Source of the DNA: Eledone cirrhosa
Taxonomy: Eukaryota
Reading direction: 5' to 3'
NCBI GenBank assembly: GCA_964016885.1
Contig: OZ024743.1
Coordinates: 75,268,001 to 75,332,000, forward strand
Length of the DNA stretch: 64,000 nt
The notes under the pieces were generated by a model. The model was not told the DNA's origin. It was given only the letters and a program-made list of their open reading frames with translations, and made no database searches. The position numbers were made by a program, and so were the translations under genes. Shown here in pieces: positions 1-12,789 of the stretch (within the stretch, counting starts at the first letter, position 1; every line of letters starts with the position of its first letter).

Positions 1-39
1 AAACAACACTATGGTCGCATCACATTAAAATCAAAGACC

Positions 40-520
40 TTACTCTTATATTGTACCTTCTTTCGTTGGATGTGCAATGTAAATGTAAGAGAAAAGAAGA
101 GCTGAGATGAACTGAGAGAGAAGCTGTGTTTAAGATGAATCCGAGGTGGTGCCGTGCAGGAGAGAAGACTGCATTAGTATGAACATGTGAAGTGCATGGA
201 TGATGACAGCTGGGTAAAGAAGTGCGAGGAAATGCTTGTGGAAAGAAATTGTAGAAGAGGTAGACTGAGAAATACCTGGGCAGAGGTAGTGTGCAGGAGA
301 GAAGACTAAATTGGTATGGACATGTGATGCACAATGACCACTAGGTGAAGAAATGCCAGGAAATCCCAGTGGGGGGAAGCCGCAACAGAGGTAGACCAAG
401 AAAGACCTGGGCAGAGTTTGTGACTCACAGAGGAGATGACAAAGAAATGCAGTGGAGAGAAGGATCCATCCAACCCAGGCAATATGGAAAAGTGAACGTG
501 GAAATGATGATGATGCTGAT
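40..520 (+). mobile_element. Decayed RTE-clade LINE 3' end (other copies at ~3490-3920, ~8500-8686, ~11000-11152)
   Basis: Remnants RL.WYGHV...GSRNRGRPRKTWAE, ending in an (ATG)n tail. Confidence 0.7.
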
Positions 521-606
521 GAATGTAAACATTTATAAACAAAGATATTATAAACCACGTGATTGCAAAACAAACTTTTTAACCATGTCTCAAACATAAG
601 TTTTAA

Positions 607-1046
607 CCCCTTAGCATTTAAACTGACCGTATCTGGCCAGAATTCTATTACCTCTTTCTGTTCAAACCAGCCATAACTGGCTGCTCTTAATTATGTTAAG
701 GTATTGTTCTCAAAATAAATAATATCAAAATCTCATAGATTCGATTTATGTGAGATAATTATGTAAAATAAAGTGTTTACCGTGAAAATACAATAGTAAA
801 CACACAGTCCATGCTGTAATGTGGCTGTGTAGGTAACACGGTTAAAACCTCCCAGTTCACACTGTAAACGTGGTTGGTGTTAGGAAGGGCATCCAGCTGT
901 AGAAAACCTACCAGACAGTCCTATACGAGCGAGACGACCAATCTTGCCTCAAGTGGGACAATTCCCATCTAAACCCATGCTAGCGTGGAAGATAGACGTT
1001 AAACGATGATGATGATGAAATATAGAGTAATGTAAATACTAAAGGG
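607..1046. mobile_element. piggyBac-type MITE, interrupted by a SINE tail; related copies at 4814-5021 and 59621-60158
   Basis: TTAA|CCCCTTAGCATTTA ... TAAATACTAAAGGG|TTAA terminal inverted repeats with TTAA target site; internal sequence shared among the three copies. Confidence 0.75.
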
Positions 1047-1129
1047 TTAAAATTTCAATTACTTTCCATTTTTACTTCTAAAAAATAACAAAGAAATATC
1101 TGTTTTCTAAAATTGTAGTTTTAATCCAA

Positions 1130-1173
1130 TCAAGTTTTCTTTCTCTGAGCACAGATGATTTCACGGGAGAGTC
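1130..1173 (-). CDS. METTL18: METTL18 last coding exon (GLSREIICAQRKKT*)
   Basis: Acceptor ttttcag, phase matches the previous exon, TGA at 1132-1130; GL.REI fits the METTL18 C-terminus. Confidence 0.88.
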
Positions 1174-1832
1174 CTGAAAAACACAGAATTAATTTTTAAT
1201 ACAATAAAACACTTCAAATGTGAGGGGGGGGGGGGTAATTTCCTCCACCCTGATGTGAGGAGGGTGGAGGGGGAAACTTCCCCACCCTGGTGTGAGGAGG
1301 GTGGGGCAAGCAACTTCCCCACCCTTGTGCAAGGAGGGTGGAGGAGGCAACTTCCCCGCCAGTGTTTATAGTATCTTTACCAGTGGATAAATTGTTGTGA
1401 AAATTTACTATATTTGCATTAATAAAAACTTCTCCCTGTGAGGGTTTTGGGGACAGAGTCCTCAAAAACTCCTTCCAGCTGGTCCTGTCAGAAGCAACTG
1501 TCTCCAACTGATCTGGCAGGATGCCCAAGTGAGACCAGCCAGGCTCATGGATGCTATCCAACCATCTTGCTCAGGATCTACCCTTGGGTCACCTGCCGGT
1601 TGGTTTTACCCATAAAATCTGTCCAGTGATATCCATCTCACAAGATTGTGATCTTAAATCAACTCTGTTTGAGAAAATCTACATGGTTTAAGAGGTGAAT
1701 ATTAAAACAGTATTTCACACAAAACTGAAATAGTTATACCCAGGATACCAACCAAACAATGAGGCTTGATTTGAATGAGAATTTTTAATGAAATTACATA
1801 ATGAATCTAAAGTCTCTAATATCTGTCTCAAG

Positions 1833-2098
1833 CCAGGAGGTTCACCAGGCCAGTGCTTATCCCGGTTTCATAGCGTGAAGCAACTGAGAGTACAAGACTC
1901 TACCCTGGAGAGGACGTCAATCCATCGCAGGTTAAACCCCCAGCTATTGCTGGTACTCATTTTCAGCTGAGTATACTGTAGCAACGTGAAATGAAGTTTT
2001 TTGCTCAAGAACACAACACACAACCCAGCCCAGGAATTGAACCCATGACATTATGATGATAAGTCCAACACCCTTACCACTGGGCCACTCACCTCCAC
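1833..2098 (-). mobile_element. tRNA-derived SINE (CORE-like and V-like segments)
   Basis: A-box TGGCCCAGTGG, B-box GGTTCAATTCC, TTCTTGAGCAA core, CCTGCGATGGA...TCCAGGGT block. Confidence 0.65.
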
Positions 2099-2731
2099 TA
2101 GTAACAATGAGCAGAAATTAATATCATTAAAATGACTTATGGTTTTTATTCTACAGAGATAAGAGTGTCTCCTAAATATAAATAGATGACAACACCCATT
2201 CACCATCATCGCCATCATCATCATCATTATCGTTTTAATGTCTGCTTTCCCTGCTAGCAAGGGTTGTACGGATCCACATAGACCAAGTCAGTACTGAAGC
2301 GGCGCCACTGATCTCCTAGGCAGGCCAGGGACCTGTGTCTCGCTTTATACATGGCCAACATTCCACCGTGTGCTCAGGTGAGGTTGTCATGTCCTGGGCA
2401 CAACTGAGGCTCCTCCCAGCTCTTTGTCTAGCGAGTTTTCTACAAATGGATGCCCTTCATAACACCAACCACTTTACAGTGTGTACTGGATGCGTTTATC
2501 GTGTAAATCACCAACACTAGGGAGGTTGTCATGAATGAAGAGTCCTCCCAACCCTTTGTCTGGCAAACTTTCTACAACTGGCTCTTATCAATAGAATATT
2601 TGACCAAAAGCTTCCCAATAACAAGGAAAGAACATGAAGATTAACTAAAATACTCTCTTGCTTCATTGAAAAAATTGTAGTCACATAAGAAGCACACAAA
2701 TATTGTACAAAACATTCCATACTTTACTCAC

Positions 2732-2847
2732 CCTCAGCATTTGTCCAGCAAACAGATGACATAAAGCGACCATCTTTTTCAAGTGACTCTTCAAACAGTC
2801 TAGTTCCACCACCAACGCCAAAATAATAGTTTTTAGCAGCAATGAGA
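2732..2847 (-). CDS. METTL18: METTL18 exon 8 (LIAAKNYYFGVGGGTRLFEESLEKDGRFMSSVCWTNAEG)
   Basis: AG/GTGAGT boundaries; conserved YFGVGGG motif. Confidence 0.93.
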
Positions 2848-3940
2848 CTTGAGAATAAGTTAAGAATTAATATACTCAATGACACCTGATGAAGTCATTG
2901 TGGTACTGTAGTGGCATACAGCCTTTTTAAACCAGATGGAACCCATTCCCTCACCATATATCAAGACAATTGGTTTCAGAGAGAGAGAGAATGACATACA
3001 GCGTTTCTGGAGTATTTTTAAACCTGGCAGAGCCCATCCTCTCCAGGTCTGAATACAGCAGATTTCTTCCAGAGAAGGATAGAGAGAGTGAGAGAATAGA
3101 AGTGAGAAAGAGATATAGAGGAAGAATTGACCCCAGTACTAGACTGGTACTTTTTTATTGACCTTGAATGGATGAAAGGCAAAGTTGACCTCAGCAAGAA
3201 TCGAACTCAGAGAGCAGAAAACCAAAACTAACACCACAAAGCATTCTATCTGATGTTCTAATGACTCTGCCAATTTGCTGTTTATTTTCTATATTACATA
3301 AAATAATATGATACTGAACCAATGATAATGATGGTGATGGTGCTCTGAGAGCATAACAGCTAGAATAAGGATAGGATAGAAGTTTAGAGAGCTACTCCCA
3401 CTGTTGACAACAAAAGGTTTCTCCCTTCGTACAAAAGGATGTCAGTATGACACCTCTGTATGAAGTGCGATGCTGCATGATAGTGAAACATGGGCAGTGA
3501 CTGCAGAGGACATGTGTTGACTGGAGAGAAATGAAGCAGCCATGCTTTGTTAGATGTGCAATGTAAGTGTGAGAGAAAGGCAGAGCTTGGATGAACTGAG
3601 GGAGAAGCTGGGGTTAAGAGGAATCTGAGGTGGTGTGCAGGAGAGAAGACTACATTGGGATGGACATGTGATACACATGGATCATGATGGATGGGTGAAG
3701 AAGTGCTAAGAAATGCCAATGGAAGGAAGCCACAGTAGAAGGAGATCGAGAAAGACCTGAGCAGAGGTGGTGAGAGATGACCTCAAATCACTGAGACTCA
3801 CAGAGGAGATGACAAGGAAACATGGTGAGTGGAGAGATACTGTGTTGAGAAGGACCCGTCCAACCCATGCAAGCATGGAAAAACGGATGCAAAAATGATG
3901 ATGATGATGATGGTGGTGATTAGAAGAAAACAAAGGATAC

Positions 3941-4039
3941 ATAAAACCATTTTCCTTTAATAAGAAATCAAAAACTTTGATGAGCTTCTCGTAATTCTTG
4001 GTGTTGTAAATTGTTTCGGCAGTTAATATGATGTCAAAC
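3941..4039 (-). CDS. METTL18: METTL18 exon 7 (FDIILTAETIYNTKNYEKLIKVFDFLLKENGFI)
   Basis: AG/GT boundaries; seven-beta-strand methyltransferase motif II D.IL..ETIY. Confidence 0.93.
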
Positions 4040-4199
4040 CTACAAAAAAGAAATGTTAAAAATAGCTAACATACGAATATAAAATTAGATTGACATTTTT
4101 AAGATATTTTGCAAATACTTTCTTTCAAAGAAAAAAAAAAAAAAAAGAAGAAGAAGAAGGAGAAGGATGAGGAGGAGGAATATTTGCAGCTGAACTTAC

Positions 4200-4339
4200 T
4201 TCTGTGGAGAAATGTCGGACTGAAGAACAGCTTGTGGAAGACTTCCCCAGTCTCCACTAAAAAAATGGCACTTCTCTTTTCCTTCATGGCAGTTAAGCAA
4301 AATATTTGGAACTGTTAATTTGGTGAGTACTTCACTGTT
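4200..4339 (-). CDS. METTL18: METTL18 exon 6 (NSEVLTKLTVPNILLN...CHFFSGDWGSL...)
   Basis: AG/GTAAG boundaries; T.PN and FFSGDW motifs. Confidence 0.93.
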
Positions 4340-5387
4340 CTGGAAGATAAGAAGATAATAAATAATTTTTATATTTTAATATTATTCATATATTTTAAAT
4401 AAAATATCAAATTTCTTTTTTTTTTTTTGAAAGGATGGGGGAGTGGCAGGTTAATTGTAAATATAATTTGTCATCGCAAAGACATGACAATTTCCCTAGT
4501 GTTGGTGATCTATGATAAACACTCAGTATATGCTGTAAAGTGGTTGGTGATAGGAAGGGCATCCAGCAGAAGAAATCTTGCCAGACAAAAGGTTGGGAGG
4601 ATCTTTTAGTTGTGTCAAAGACATGACAACCTCACCTGAACACTCAGTGGAACATGAGACCGTAATAAGCAAGCCAGATCTCTGGCTTGTCTGGGAGATC
4701 AGTGGCTCCACTTCAGTACTGACTTGGTCTATGTAGACCTGTCCAACCCAAGCTAGCAGGGAAAGTGGACATTATGATGATGATGATTAAAATGTGTAAG
4801 TGTACCTATTTAACCCTTTAGCATTTAAACTGGTCATATCCAGCCAGAATTCTCTCACCTCTTTCTGTTCAAACCAGCTGTAACCGGCTACTCATACTGA
4901 TGTTAAGATAGTGTTCTCAAAATAAATAATATCAAAATCTCATAGATTCAATATTATGTGATATAAATCCTTTACTGTGAAAATACAACAGTAAATATGG
5001 AGTAATGTAATTGGTAAAGGGTTAGATATGTGTATAGTTGATCACTCTACCCAGGATCAGCCCCAATACCACCCTTAAAATCAAAACACACCAGTCATAA
5101 CCCACCCCTCAGTAGATGTTGCCATTACCATACTTCCCATGTTACCAGGACACCCCACCTCCAGTACCTCCCACACCAGCTGAGGTCAACACCTCCCCCT
5201 TATTCACCACCCTGTCAAATCCCACCACTTCACTACAACCATGACAACATCCTTCTTAAATTCCCCCTTCCCCCACAATAGAGTAGAGAGGACACTTGAG
5301 CTGTGTCAAAGACATGACAACCTCCACTGTGCTGGTGTCATGATAAAATACACTCAGAAATTGTATATATAAGCAATATACAGCACT

Positions 5388-6635
5388 CAGTGCTGTAATA
5401 TATCTCATACTGAGCTATCTTGACAGGATATGACATACAGTGCTGTAATATATCTCATACTGAGCTATCTTGACAGGATATCTCATACAGTGCAGTAATA
5501 TATCTCATACTGAGTTATCATGACATCATCATCATCATCGTTTAACGTCTATCTTCCACGCTCGCATGAGTTTAGACAGGATATGACATACATCATCATC
5601 ATCATTTTACTTCAGCTTTTCCCTGCTTGCAAGGGTGGGACGGTAACTGATTCTGGCTTGATTTCTACAGATGGATGCCCTTCCTAACACCAACCTCATT
5701 TACACTGAGTGCTGGGTGCTTTTTTTCCGTGGTGCCTACACGTTCACTTTACAGTGTGGGCAGGGTGCTTTTTTGCCGTGGCACCTACATGTCCACTTTG
5801 CAGTGGAATGATAGGGACCCCAGTCCCTATCATCTCACTTCTACAGCTGAGTAAACTGGAGCAATGTGAAATAAAGTGTCTTGCTCAAGGAAACAACACA
5901 TCACCCAGTCTGAGAATTGAACTCACAACCTTTCAATTGCAAGGCCAATGCTCTAACCACTAAGCCATGTGCCTCCATACAGTGCTGTAATATATCTCAT
6001 ACTGAACTATCATGACAGGATATCTCATATAGTGCTGTAATTTATCTCATACTGAACTATCATGACAGGATATCTCATACAGTGCTGTAATTTATCTCAT
6101 ACTGAACTATCATGACAGGATATCTCATACAGTGCTGTAATATATCTCATACTGAACTATCATGACAGGATATGACATACAGTGCTGTAATTTATACTAC
6201 CTTGACAGGATAGCTCATAGTGCTGTAATATATCTCATACTGACCTACCTTGACAGGATATCTCATACAGTGCTATAATTTATCTCATACTGACCTACCT
6301 TGACAGGATATCTCATACAGTGCTATAATTTATCTCATACTGAGCTATCTTGACAGGATATGACATACAGTGCTGTAATATATCTCATACTGAACTATCT
6401 TGACAGGATATCTCATACAGTGCTGTAATATATCTCATACTGAGCTATCATGACAGGATATATCTCATACAGTGCTGTGATATACACTGAGCTACCTTGA
6501 CAGGATATCTCATACAGTGCTGTAATATATCTCATACTGAGCTATCTGATAGGATATGACATACAGTGCTGTAATATATCTCATACTGACCTACCTTGAC
6601 AGGATATCTCATACAGTGTTGTAATTTACACTGAC
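5388..6635. repeat. ~50-bp minisatellite, interrupted by a SINE
   Basis: Unit TATCTCATACTGAGCTATCTTGACAGGATATGACATACAGTGCTGTAATA, about 16 copies. Confidence 0.9.
5590..5977 (-). mobile_element. tRNA-headed CORE-like SINE, family A
   Basis: Head GGAGGCACATGGCTTAGTGGTTAGAGC...GTTCAATTC, CCTTGAGCAAGACACTT core, (ATG)n tail; near-identical to the copies at 28138, 35290, 36045 and 59068. Confidence 0.85.
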
Positions 6636-6671
6636 CAACCCAAACAACACATATATAATAGAGATACTTAC

Positions 6672-6746
6672 AAAATCTTGAAAGAGTACAATGCTAGCCC
6701 CTTTCTTCAGAGCACAGAGTCCTGGTAGTCCTGCACCACAACCAAT
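6672..6746 (-). CDS. METTL18: METTL18 exon 5 (IGCGAGLPGLCALKKGASIVLFQDF)
   Basis: ttacag/gtaag boundaries; SAM-binding motif I GCGxG and post-I FQD. Confidence 0.95.
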
Positions 6747-6857
6747 CTGTAAAGAAATGTTTACTCTTTAATTTCAGTTGCCATTTTAGAGTTTACTTTG
6801 TTATTTGTTCTAAGTTCTACAGTGAAATTTGGTAAATATTGTATTGTTATCTTAGAA

Positions 6858-7581
6858 CAGAGATGGGGAACCTGTGAACTTAAGGCTGCATGTGGCCTTC
6901 TATGTCATCCTGTGCGGATTTTTGAAAGGATCAAACATTTTTAACAAATTTTAAATTTTTATTATGTTTGTGACTATGTCTTACTATTTTAATTGGCAGT
7001 ATCGGTAGAGGGTCGGACGCCATGCTTTGCAGCAAAGAGTTACGGCCCTTTATGGTCTGGGTTCAAATCCTGCCGAGGTTAGCTTTGCCTTTCATCCTTA
7101 CGAGGTCGATAAAATAAAGTACCAGTAATGTACTGGGTAATTGCTGGCCTTGTGCCAAAAGTAGAAACAATTATTTTAATTTAAACCACTTATTGCTGTG
7201 AATCTACATTTTCCTACCTAACCAAAATCAAGACAGCTTTGAGATCAGAAATGGCGGATGCCCATCTCGAGGTTCCATTGCAACTTAAGACCTACATGTT
7301 GCAACCAAATATCAAAATGTTTTCCTATAACAAGTAATCACATCAAAGTTATTAAAAGCTTTAAATATTTTTGTTTTGTTTTTTAGATAATTAGTATATA
7401 GTAATTAGACTGTTACAAAATAATGTAGATTTTAAGAATATATCATCATCATCATCTTCGTTTAACGTCCATTTTCCACGCTAGCATGGGTTAGATATAG
7501 TTATGGTTTCTTGAATGTAGCCTTATTATATTACAAGTAACTTAATGTAGCCTTTCAACATGAAAAGGTTCCCCACCTCTG
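6858..7581 (+). mobile_element. hAT (Charlie/Buster-like) deletion derivative with nested SINE pieces
   Basis: TIRs CAGAGATGGGGAACCT / AGGTTCCCCACCTCTG, perfect 8-bp TSD TCTTAGAA, transposase C-terminal remnant STFSYL..IKT..RS.M.D.HL at ~7200-7350. Confidence 0.85.
6992..7174 (+). mobile_element. tRNA-derived SINE, family B (Nin/Deu-domain-like); copies at 11209-11386 (+), 49062-49268 (-), 59720-59908 (-), 3120-3275 (-)
   Basis: GGTTCAAATCC B-box followed by GCCTTTCATCCTTACGAGGTCGATAAAATAAAGTACCAG. Confidence 0.75.
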
Positions 7582-9555
7582 TCTTAGAACCTAGATTGAT
7601 GCACAATATAAAGAGAGGATTAAATCAGTTTTGGTCTATCGATGTCTGAAATTTAAATATTCTACACTCAAAGTATTTGGTGTGACAATGCCAGTACTGA
7701 AGAATTTAGAGAAATTTAACAAAATAACTAATCTCTCCACTACAAAACAGCTGTTAGGAATATTAACCCTTTAGTTACCAACCCAGCCAAAACCAGTTCT
7801 GGTTATATGAAATAAAACCACCCATTTTAAAGGTTTCCAATTTCCAGCATAATTTTATATAAGAACCTTACATTAAGTTACTATCTTAGTAATGAAATAA
7901 TTAATAATTTTAGTAAATCCCTCGAAATTCTTCATTAATTAATTAACATAGAGTGATTTTCATTAGAAATGTAGACATGAAAGGGATAAGTTACTATCTT
8001 GGTAATGAAATCATTTGAGGTCAATCAAAACAAGTACCAGTCAAGTACTGGGGTCGATTCTTCCTCTATATCTCTTTTTCTCTTCTTTTCTCACTCTTTC
8101 TCTCACTCTGTCTGTCTTTCTCTGGAAGAAATCTGCTATATTCAGACATGGAGAGGATTGGCATCCACCAAGGTTAAAAAATGCCTTAGAAATGCTGTGT
8201 GTGAATATGTCACCCCTACGACTCCCTCATGAGTTACGGAACTATGCATGCATGCATTTCCATGCTGGCATGGGTTGGACGGGTCTTTTCCAGCACAACT
8301 TCCCTTCACCTATTATATATATATATATATATATCATAATCATTTTTACATCCACTTTTCCATACTGGCATGGATTGGACTGGATGGTTTGAGACAATGT
8401 TTTACAGCCAAATGATATTTCTAATGCCAACCCTTTTAGTTGTCTCGTATGGCACACAGGGATATGATATACCTATCCTAAAAACTGATATATATATATA
8501 TGGAAGGAAGCCACAGTAGAGGTGGACCAAGGAAGACCTGGGTAGAGGTTGTGAGAATTGACCTCAAATCACTGAAACTCACAGAGGAGATGACGAAGGA
8601 ACGCGATGAGTGGAGAGATGCCATCTTGAGAAGGACCTGTCCAACCCATGTAAGTGGAAAAACAGACATAAAAACGATGATGATGGTGTGTGGGTGGGAA
8701 TCAGAAATTTGCTTCCCAATCACTGTGCCAATCTCAAATCAACCCATACAATGTTAAGAAAATTGCATACATTGAACTAATGTAGTAGTGTGCCAAATGG
8801 AACTGTGATTCAATGGTATAGCTTTGATAAACAGAGTCACACAGTTAATGACTGAACATTAACCTGAATATTCCATGAGTTTTTGGTGAGGGTTTTCTTT
8901 TTTGTTTTGAATATTTGTTTTTATTTTATGCCATCTATATTTTACAAAAGCTATGCAATGATGTAAATATTAAAAATAGGATAAAAACAAAATTAAGTAA
9001 TGAAAGATAGAGGAAGGGGTAAAGAAAGGCAGATCTGGCTGTATAGAAACATAGAGGAAAGGACTATAAATACCATAAATGAGAGGAAAAGGAGGGAAAG
9101 AGCAAGGTCTCTTAGGGAAGAGAAGAAAGGGGGAAGGGGAGAGGATGACAGACATTACCATAGGTCGAAACAGTGTTTCAGTTGCGCCCCACAGACAAAA
9201 CTGCAATGACATTTCCGTGGACAATAACCAGCGATACCCACTGGAACAGTCACCCCACCTTGTAGGGCTCCTTCCTCAGACAGACTGCTGACGTTCTGAT
9301 TTTACAGAGGAGTTCAACTTATCTATTGGAGCACATCATCACCGTTTTACGTCCTTTTTTTCCTCGCTAGCATGGATTAGACGAGTTGTCCTGTTGTGGG
9401 CAATGTTAGGTCAGGTGACCATGTCTTGCACATATAGAACTGATTTTGGCTTGGTTTCTACATCTGGATGCCCTTATGCAACAATATCACACACAAGACT
9501 GTAATCAACACATAGGTGACTAGCTCTAATGATGAAATCCATTAAGTATACCTAC

Positions 9556-9638
9556 CTCAGCTACTGATGATCCAGAAATAATTTGTTTACTGACATATCT
9601 TGTAAGATCTATGCTGCATTCCCAAATTTGAAGTCCAC
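9556..9638 (-). CDS. METTL18: METTL18 exon 4 (GGLQIWECSIDLTRYVSKQIISGSSVAE)
   Basis: tttag/gtaggt boundaries; GL.IWEC..DL motif. Confidence 0.95.
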
Positions 9639-10171
9639 CTAAATTGAAGAAAATTATATTATGGTTGACTGAATACATATCAGATTTTTCTCAAAAGAAA
9701 ATTTTTTTTCTCCGTTTCTTCCTCTTCTCGCTCTCTATCTTTCTATTTCTTATTCTATCTTCTGATGAAGGACTTGACAAAAATTAAGAGTCCTCTCGAC
9801 CCTGTTTTGTATGGCTTCTACAGCAGGGTGCACTTCCTATCACCAGCTACTTTACAGGGTGTACTCATTTGAAAATGAAATTGTTTGGTGTCAAAGATAT
9901 AAAGAAATAGGATTACATCAAAAGCACTCCATCCACACTGTAAAGTGGTTGTGTAGGTGTCATGACAAAAAGCACCCAGCACACACTGTAAATGTGGTTG
10001 GCATTAGGAAGGGCATCCAGTTGTAGAAACCAAGCCAGAAACAGTTCTATATGAGCAAGACACAGTCACCTGACCCAACTTGCCTCTAATGCGACCCATC
10101 TAACCCATGCTAGTGTGGAAAATTGACGTTAACCAATGATGATGATGATGAAATGAAACAAATGTATTTAC

Positions 10172-10349
10172 CTTCATATTTATTTGGAATTAGATCACTT
10201 TGATGGTGTAAAGCTTCTTTTAGAGGCGTCATTTCAGAATCTCCACCATCATCTTTTAGAATAGTTTCTATATACTTTGGTTTCATGCTAACAAGTGATA
10301 AACTTTCATCGAAATCATATGTTATTGTATTGAGATCTTCGCATGGTGT
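10172..10349 (-). CDS. METTL18: METTL18 exon 3 (TPCEDLNTITY...HQSDLIPNKYE)
   Basis: tctcag/gtaaat boundaries; SDL....YEGG motif across the junction. Confidence 0.92.
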
Positions 10350-10431
10350 CTGAGAAAAGAAAAGTGAACTAAAAGAATGAGAAAGAAAATGAGAGAAATC
10401 ATTGTAAACATTGAAACAATAAATTAAAAAC

Positions 10432-10636
10432 ACCCAGTCCACTCTGTAAGGTGGTCATATAGGTGTCATGAAAATAGCACCCAGTCCACCCTGTAAGGTG
10501 GTCATATAGGTGTCAGGAAAATAGCACCCAGTCCACTCTATAGGGTGGTCATATTGGTGTAATGCGAATAGCACCCAGTCCACTCTATAGGATGATCATA
10601 TAGGTGTCACGAAAATAGCACCCAGTCCACCCTGTA
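10432..10636. repeat. 47-bp tandem repeat derived from a SINE internal unit (also 57566-57780)
   Basis: Unit GCACCCAGTCCACTCTGTAAGGTGGTCATATAGGTGTCATGAAAATA, about 4.5 copies. Confidence 0.8.
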
Positions 10637-10849
10637 ATTTTAGTAAATCCCTTAAAATTCTTCATTAATTAAAACAGTGTATTTCATTAGAAATGCAGTC
10701 ATGCGAGGTTTAATAATTGTTAATTTTGTAAGACAGAAATGTTATTTAAGAGTACAAAAATTATTAGTTTCTATGTATTTATAAAGTGTCAGATATTGAA
10801 AAATGGACAAAAACAAAACTAAAACTATCAATAAATATCATTTTTTTAC

Positions 10850-10923
10850 CATCTGTTTCATCTGTTTTAAATCTAATTTCATTTCAATGGCTGCTGTTTC
10901 TTCTTCATTTTCATCAGTGGATT
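10850..10923 (-). CDS. METTL18: METTL18 exon 2 (ESTDENEEETAAIEMKLDLKQMKQM)
   Basis: ttgcag/gtaaaa boundaries; phase 1 to phase 0 links exons 1 and 3; poorly conserved acidic linker. Confidence 0.8.
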
Positions 10924-11458
10924 CTGCAACAAATAAAAATATTGACATAAACTTAGTTTCCAACTCAGTTATCATCATCATTTAACATCCATATTCGAAA
11001 AACATGGGTGGAGGTGGTGAAAGCAGACCTCAGATCGCTGAAGCTCACGGAGGAGATGACGAAGGACCGTGTCAGGTGGAGAGATGCTGTGCTGAATAGA
11101 ACCCGTCGCACCCTTGCAAGCAGGGAAAAGCAGACGTAAAATGATGATGATGATTCCATGCATGGGTAGGACACAATAACAGTTCAGAGGTGTGATAACA
11201 TTATGTACTTGGCAGTATCAGTAGAGGGTCAGACACCATGCTTTCCAGCATAGTTCCATCCCTTTACGATCTGAGTTCAAATCCTACCGAGGTTGACTTT
11301 GCCTTTCATCCTTACGGGGTCAATAAAATAAAGTACCAGTAATGCACTGAGTAATTGCTGGCCTTGTGCCTAAAGTAGAAACAATTATGTACAACACAGT
11401 ACTTTTCCCCAACCCCACTGGAGCTTTCTTTACCATTTTATTTTAAATTTTCGTGTCT

Positions 11459-12015
11459 TTTGAGTATCTCGGAGTCATGTTCATGAGTGAGGGAAAGCAA
11501 GAGGCTGAATTAAGTGCAAGAATTACAGGAGCTGGTGCAGTAATGTGTCAGCTTCAGCATTCAATAATCAGAAGGGAGGTAGGTGTAAAAGCCAAACTTG
11601 CTGTCTTCAATTCGGTATTCATGTGAACCCTTACCTATGGTCATGAATCTTGAGTAATGACCAAAAGAATATGATCCCGAATACAAGCGGCCGAAATGGG
11701 TTACCTTCAAAGGATCTTTGAAGTAACGTTACTCGATAAGCTCAGAGATCAGAAAGTCGCTCCAGGTAGAGCCACTACTTCTCTGAATTCTATGAGCATT
11801 TGATTTAAATGTCTCAGGAAAGGAAATATGGGCAGATTTTATGAGCAAAACCAATTGGCAGGGTACCTAGGAGTAGACCCCAAGCAAGATGGTTGGTTAA
11901 CATCCATGAGCTTGGCTGGTTTCGCTTGGGGATCCAGCCAGATCAGTTGAAGATGGTTGCTTCTGACAAGCCCTGCGAAAAGTTGTGTTTGAGGACTCTG
12001 CCCCCACGACCCTTT
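11459..12015 (+). mobile_element. Rex3/Expander-like RTE LINE 3' fragment (smaller pieces at 1433-1625 minus and 57193-57400 plus)
   Basis: Decayed FEYLGVMFMSEG...LTYGHES*VMTKR..SRIQAAEM...GRP...W, with stops. Confidence 0.75.
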
Positions 12016-12240
12016 CCTCTGAAAGGAGGAGGAGAAGAAGAAATGATATATTATTCGTTTTTTAGTTAACTGTGCTTCACGACAAATGTCAGGGCTAGGT
12101 TTAGGGTTTAAGATTAGTGTTATTGGTTAGGGTTAACGTGTTCGGCGAAAAAAAAATACTATGCAAAAAAATATCGAGTGGGGTGTTCTATAATAATACC
12201 GTTTGTACTTTTTCCCAGTCATTGTATGTATGACTACAAT

Positions 12241-12404
12241 CAGGGCCCATGAGATGAGGGTCCAGCCGGTACTTTCTTCCGGAGCCCAAGAGCTATGAAG
12301 GCCCCACAACAACCATGCAACATCCATTTTGAGAAAAATCTTTGCCTGCTTCGGGCCCCAAAGGAGTCTTGTACCGCCTTGTAAAATTTCTCTTGGAGGC
12401 CTCG
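12241..12404. mobile_element. Small hAT-type MITE
   Basis: Starts CAGGGCCC, ends GAGGCCTCG; 8-bp flanking duplication ACTACAAT/ACTATAAT (one mismatch). Confidence 0.55.
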
Positions 12405-12607
12405 ACTATAATTTACGCTACAAAAAAAGCGAAAGTGACTTTGAAATGTCGTCTTGTTGATGTCTAATGGAAACACTTTATCTCGCTATTAATGACTGGA
12501 TGCTACCAGGAACACGTTTAATCACATTCTTCTAATCCTACATATGAAGCCCAATAATCTGAAATTAAACGGATTCCCGGCAGAATCCAGTAATTAATAT
12601 CGATTTC

Positions 12608-12730
12608 GGCACTACAACGCTATTAGCTGTCAGTCGAAGCAGCCGATGAAAGCAAAACATTGTTTATTTCCGTAAGTGGAGTTACTTAAATGAAAATATA
12701 GGTGGCCCTTAAAAGGGCCAAATTAGAATA
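12608..12730 (-). mobile_element. Partial copy of the GGCACTAC-TIR MITE, with histone-type stem-loop at 12719-12704
   Basis: Same 25-bp TIR and internal blocks as 48669-49053, in opposite orientation. Confidence 0.7.
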
Positions 12731-12789
12731 TACCGCTGCGTTTTTACAGTTTTACTAGTTACACATACACACATATATATATATATACA

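Noticed and set aside
12545-12575. Minus-strand PFNF as a nearer METTL18 first exon
   Set aside because: No in-frame ATG or suitable phase-1 donor; 49912-49831 fits far better.
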